Part shown: one piece after another, positions 28,331 through 32,433 of the stretch
Layout of the letters: the number at the start of each line of letters is the position of its first letter
Position numbering within the stretch: position 1 is the stretch's first letter
Assembly (NCBI GenBank): GCA_039586365.1
Contig: JBDHKN010000054.1
Span: forward strand, 1 to 32,433
DNA: 32,433 nt
Reading direction: 5' to 3'
DNA from: Gemmatimonadota bacterium
Lineage (GTDB): Bacteria; Gemmatimonadota; Gemmatimonadetes; Gemmatimonadales; GWC2-71-9
The notes under the pieces: model-generated
The model's input: only the letters and a program-made list of their open reading frames with translations
Told to the model about the DNA's origin: nothing
Database searches by the model: none
Translations under genes and position numbers: made by a program

Positions 28331-28483
28331 TCAGCCAAGCGGCGCCAAGGTTGACTTGACGAGCATTTGGACACGGTCAGCCAGCAGCTCCTTGATCCTC
28401 GCCGCGTTCTCTCGGCTCGGTCGCGTACCTTCCTGCTCCCAGTGCCACACCCTGCCTTGTGAGCGGCTACTCTTCCTGCCGAG
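28331..28483 (-). pseudogene. Possible 3' remnant of an XRE-family HTH gene
   Basis: Manual translation LGRKSSRSQGRVWHWEQEGTRPSRENAARIKELLAD...; SQxxVxxWE...P pattern; no start codon in frame. Confidence 0.5.
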
Positions 28484-28504
28484 TCAGGCTCCATTCTAGA
28501 CATC

Positions 28505-28540
28505 ATGTCGGTTGACACTGTGTCACTTGACATATATTGT
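28505..28540 (+). promoter_or_regulatory. sigma70-type promoter overlapped by putative PadR operator
   Basis: TTGACA(28512)-17 bp-TATTGT(28535); ATGTC-GGTT-GACAC and GTGTC-ACTT-GACAT at 15-bp period. Confidence 0.78.
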
Positions 28541-28594
28541 TGGGCACGGTCTCTGACACACGTTCCGCGCTGTCCACTGGCTTGGGAGGTTTTC

Positions 28595-28951
28595 ATGGAT
28601 CCGGAAAGCCTGCTCCCGCTGAATCCGAACGACTACCTGATCCTCTTCACCCTCGTTGCGGGTGAACGTCATGGTTACGGGATCGTGAAGGAGGTGGAAA
28701 AGGAGAGCCGGGGCAGGATCCGGATTGATCCGGCCAACCTCTATCGATCGATGAAGCGCTTGACCAGGGATGGCTTGGTCAAAGACGCGGACTGTCGTCC
28801 TGCTGCTGAAGCCCAAGGCGAGAGACGCCGCTACTACGCGATTACTGACTTTGGCCGTCGAGTGGTAACGCTGGAAGCAAGCCGGCTGGCTGAGCTGGTA
28901 GAGGCGGGGCGAGACCGAAAGCTGATCCCAGAGAGTGTGACGGACAGATGA
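28595..28951 (+). CDS. PadR-family transcriptional regulator
   Basis: GGGAGG RBS; ILFTLVAGERHGYGIVKEV...DPANLYRSMKRL...RRRYYAITDFGR. Confidence 0.92.
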   Translation: MDPESLLPLNPNDYLILFTLVAGERHGYGIVKEVEKESRGRIRIDPANLYRSMKRLTRDGLVKDADCRPAAEAQGERRRYYAITDFGRRVVTLEASRLAELVEAGRDRKLIPESVTDR

Positions 28952-31683
28952 ACACCCATCCCGTGCCGGAGCGGTGCATCAGGAGCCTCCTCCGAGTCAC
29001 CCCCACGGATTTCCGGGAAGCTCATGGGGCGGATGTCGTGCAACTTTTCCGCGACCTCTATCGGGAGGCCCTGAGGACAGGAGGAACCGGTGCGGCTTTG
29101 AGGATCTGGGCCCATACAATCTGGGGTCTCATTGTCTGCGCCCTGGCCGGGCGCTGGGAGCAGAGGATGAGGCGGGGAAAAGGAGAGCCCCCATCCCCAT
29201 GGAAGCCAACCCTATCACCGAAGAGGAGGGCTCCGAGGGCGGCGGTGGATGGATTGAAGCTCGACCTGCGCTTCGCGTTTCGGACCCTGCGCCGCTCCCC
29301 CGGGTTCACTCTCGCGGCAGTCCTTATCCTCGGGGTGGGTATCGGTGCCACCACCACCATCTTCAGCTTGGTGGACACCGTGGTGCTCCGGCGCCTTCCG
29401 TATCCGGATCCCGAGGAGCTCGTCTTCCTTGATTGGGGCTACCATACCGTCCCCGCATTCATCGAATGGCGGGACAACGTGGGATCGTTTTCAGCCATCG
29501 GCGGTGTGCGGTACGGCGAGGCCGACATGACCGAAGGAGGCATGCCCGAGCGACTCGAGACGGTGCATGTCACGGAAGGTTACCTACCCGTCCTCGGAGC
29601 CGAAGCCCACGTTGGACGCCTCTTCGTGGCTGATGATTTCGCAGGCACTCCGTCCACCGTGCTTCTCGGTCACGGGCTATGGCAGCGGAGATTCGGTTCG
29701 GATCCGTCCATCGTCGGACGGTCCATCCACCTCTCGGACCGGTCCGTCGTAGTGGTTGGCGTGGTGGACCCCGGATTCAACCTTCCATCGTCAGGAGCCT
29801 CCAGGCAGGTGGACGTATGGCTTCCCCTCGACGAGAACAGCCCAGAGTTCCAAAACAGCCGAAACCGTATGCTGGACGTGATCGCCCGCCTGGACGAGGG
29901 AGTGAGCCGTGAGACGGCCCAGGCGCAGATGGACGCCCTCATGCCGCGGATCGCCCAGGCGTATCCGGATCAGTACGGGAGGCGGGACGGCAGCCTGAAG
30001 ACCGTTCAGCTATTGCCCCTCCGCCAAGCCACGGTGCGGAGGGTCCGGGGCGTCCTCTATGTGGCGCTGGGAGCAGTGGGGCTCCTACTGCTCATCGCCT
30101 GCGCGAACGCGGCCAGCCTCTTCTTGGCCAGAGGAACCGCCCGCAACCGGGAAGTCGCCTTGAGGGCAGCCTTGGGAGCCGGAAGGGCCCGGCTCATCAG
30201 TCAGCTCCTCACCGAAGGCAGCGTGGTCGCGTTGGCAGGAGGAGCTCTGGGCGTCGCAATGGCCTTCCTGGGTGTGGACCTTCTCTCGCGGTACGACCCA
30301 GGCCAGATCCCGCGCATGGAGAACCTCGCCGTCGATACGCGGATCCTCCTCTTCGCCGTTGTGGCTTCGGTGGGGGCAGGGATCCTTTCCAGCATCTTCC
30401 CGGCCCTCCAGGCTGTCAGGCGGGACTTCAGCGAAGGGCTTCGGGAGAGCAGCGTCAACGCCACCGTGGGCAGAGGCGGTCGGAGATTCCGCAACGGCCT
30501 GTTGGTTACCGAGATCGCCCTTACCCTGATCCTCCTCACAGGCTCGGGGCTCCTCTTCCGGAGCCTCGTGGGCCTGGTCATGGTGGACCCTGGCTTCCAG
30601 CCCGAGAGTCTAGTGACGATCTCCCTGAGCCTGGACGGGGAAACTTCGAGCCAGGGCGGCACCTACACAGCGGAGACCCGGGTCCAGTTCGTTCGTGAGC
30701 TGCGAGAGAGGCTGGAAGGCTTACCGGGTGTGCGCCGGGTGGCAGCCGGCTGGACCACGCCCTTCCAACAAACCGGAGTGGGACGATGCTGCTGGGGTGA
30801 AGACTTCTTTCCAGAGGAAGGCGGGGAGGAGGATTCGGCCTCGCAGTGGGGCCTTGTCTACCCAATTACGGAGGGATACTTCGAGGTCCTGCGGGCACCC
30901 CTGGAGCACGGGAGGGAGTTTACCTCCACTGACCTGACCTCCGACCTTCCGGTGGTGATCCTGAACACTCCCCTCGCTCGACGGCTGTACGGACGGACCG
31001 ACGTGGTTGGAGAGCGCATCCGGGTCGGAGAGGACAACCTCCTCACCGTCATAGGGGTGGTGGAAGGAGTGCATCACTTCGGTCTGGACCAGGGCGTCGT
31101 GCCCGGTGTCTACGTGCCCTATGAACGATGGGGCCCAAGGGCGCCCTTGCTCAGCGCAGTGGTTCGTACCGAGGGAGGCGTGGAAGCCCTCGCCACCGGG
31201 ATACGGGAGGCCGTCTGGGCTATCGACGCCGACCTCCCTGTCGAACAGATCGTCACCATGCGCCAGCGGGTGGATCGGTCCCTTGCCGCACCTCGCTTCC
31301 TCTCGATCCTCTTCGGCTTCTTTGCCGGAGTGGCTCTCCTTCTGGCGTGTGGCGGCACCTATGGGTCCATGCTCTACGCCGTCGGACAACGGAGGCGGGA
31401 AATGGGGATCCGGCTGGCCTTGGGGGCAGATAAGAGGCGAGTGATTCGGCTGGTGCTATGGCAGGGAATGTCTCTCACGCTCCTCGGCCTGGGTCTGGGT
31501 CTGGCGGGAGCGTGGGGTCTCACGCGATTGCTGCACAGCATCCTCTGGGGGATATCCGCCACCGATCCGTCCACCTTCGGAGCGGTCACGCTCCTCCTGG
31601 CAACGGTTGCAGGGGCCGCATGCCTCGTACCGGCGTGGGGAGCCTCCCGGACCGATCCTCTCAAGACGCTCGGGGCGGAGTAG
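28948..31683 (+). CDS. Duplicated orphan ABC permease (ADOP)
   Basis: DLRFAFRTL...ILGVGIGATTTIFSLV, LLLIACANAASL, EVALRAALGA, EMGIRLALGA, DPLKTLGAE; ATGA overlap with padR. Confidence 0.93.
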   Translation: MNTHPVPERCIRSLLRVTPTDFREAHGADVVQLFRDLYREALRTGGTGAALRIWAHTIWGLIVCALAGRWEQRMRRGKGEPPSPWKPTLSPKRRAPRAAVDGLKLDLRFAFRTLRRSPGFTLAAVLILGVGIGATTTIFSLVDTVVLRRLPYPDPEELVFLDWGYHTVPAFIEWRDNVGSFSAIGGVRYGEADMTEGGMPERLETVHVTEGYLPVLGAEAHVGRLFVADDFAGTPSTVLLGHGLWQRRFGSDPSIVGRSIHLSDRSVVVVGVVDPGFNLPSSGASRQVDVWLPLDENSPEFQNSRNRMLDVIARLDEGVSRETAQAQMDALMPRIAQAYPDQYGRRDGSLKTVQLLPLRQATVRRVRGVLYVALGAVGLLLLIACANAASLFLARGTARNREVALRAALGAGRARLISQLLTEGSVVALAGGALGVAMAFLGVDLLSRYDPGQIPRMENLAVDTRILLFAVVASVGAGILSSIFPALQAVRRDFSEGLRESSVNATVGRGGRRFRNGLLVTEIALTLILLTGSGLLFRSLVGLVMVDPGFQPESLVTISLSLDGETSSQGGTYTAETRVQFVRELRERLEGLPGVRRVAAGWTTPFQQTGVGRCCWGEDFFPEEGGEEDSASQWGLVYPITEGYFEVLRAPLEHGREFTSTDLTSDLPVVILNTPLARRLYGRTDVVGERIRVGEDNLLTVIGVVEGVHHFGLDQGVVPGVYVPYERWGPRAPLLSAVVRTEGGVEALATGIREAVWAIDADLPVEQIVTMRQRVDRSLAAPRFLSILFGFFAGVALLLACGGTYGSMLYAVGQRRREMGIRLALGADKRRVIRLVLWQGMSLTLLGLGLGLAGAWGLTRLLHSILWGISATDPSTFGAVTLLLATVAGAACLVPAWGASRTDPLKTLGAE

Positions 31684-31733
31684 GCCGGCGGCCACTCTCG
31701 CGCTTCCTCCCGCAGTGGCACATCTTCTAGCGC

Positions 31734-32315
31734 ACGACCGAGATCACCGCACGGCTCTCGGCAGCCCTCGCGGACCGCTACCGCGTCGACCGTCTGCTCG
31801 GCGAAGGCGGGATGGCCACGGTCTACCTCGCGCAGGATCTCAAGCACGACCGCATGGTGGCTCTGAAGGTCCTGAAGCCGGAGCTCGCGGCGGTGATCGG
31901 GGGTGAGCGCTTCGTACACGAAATCAAAGTCACGGCCAACCACCAGCATCCGAACATCCTGGCCCTCTACGACTCAGGCGAGGTCGACTCGTTCCTGTAC
32001 TACGTGATGCCATATGTCGAGGGTGAGTCGCTTCGCGAGCGGTTGAACCGCGAGAAGCAGCTCTCTGTGGAGCAGGCCGTCGAGATCACCAAGTCCGTGG
32101 CGAGCGCGCTGGTTTATGCACACCGCAACGATGTCGTGCATCGCGACATCAAGCCGGAGAACATCCTGCTGCACGAAGGGCAGCCGCTGGTTGCCGACTT
32201 CGGAATCGCGCTGGCCGTCAGCGCGGCCGGCGGTACCCGGCTGACCGAAACCGGCCTCTCGCTCGGCACACCGGACTACATGAGCCCCGAGCAGGCAGCG
32301 GCATCGCGGAACTGA
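31734..32315 (+). pseudogene. Ser/Thr kinase truncated after subdomain VIII; probable start codon reads ACG
   Basis: (ACG)[32 protein letters not shown]...HRDIKPEN..DFG..GTPDYMSPEQAA, then stop; subdomains IX-XI absent. Confidence 0.85.
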
Positions 32316-32401
32316 AAAAGCCCCGCATCAGGCTGCCGTCGATCGTTGGCTTGGTGGGTGCCGCGGGTATCGGCCTGGTCATCGGAAGCACGATCCCGTG
32401 A
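32303..32401 (+). pseudogene. Possible 3' stump of an unrelated gene with a hydrophobic tail
   Basis: Other frame reads IAELKKPRIRLPSIVGLVGAAGIGLVIGSTIP* with GC-rich third positions, starting where kinase homology stops. Confidence 0.4.
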
Positions 32402-32433
32402 AGAACCCATTCACAAGCGCTGTTTGCTGGCCC

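Noticed and set aside
16328..32315. Diversity-generating retroelement acting on kinase repeats
   Set aside because: No reverse transcriptase, and differences between stumps are not adenine-specific.

Overview
GC-rich bacterial window; the kinase, PadR and permease families suggest Gemmatimonadota/Acidobacteriota (inferred, not proven). The left 10 kb holds the 3' part of floA, two small ORFs and a 2890-aa cyclic beta-1,2-glucan synthase. From about 10.4 kb on it is a mosaic accessory zone. Intact modules are three PadR + duplicated orphan ABC-permease (ADOP) pairs, one Ser/Thr kinase, an RHH-PIN toxin-antitoxin pair, a secreted tandem NTF2-like protein and a membrane protein + wHTH pair. An ECF sigma (internal TAG)/anti-sigma/PDZ operon is also present. 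Between modules lie gene stumps: six Ser/Thr-kinase pieces, a half PIN toxin, an XRE HTH piece and the 3' end of a tyrosine integrase not in the ORF track. The main signal is a set of att-like sites. A degenerate tRNA-Phe 3' half plus hairpin occurs twice as a 122-bp direct repeat 13.7 kb apart. An inverted anticodon-like core lies at 26204, and tandem ATGTGC arm-like motifs sit beside these sites and beside the integrase stump. This suggests a tRNA-Phe-derived recombination platform that accumulates regulator/permease/kinase cassettes. Mis-assembly among paralogous kinases cannot be excluded from sequence alone.
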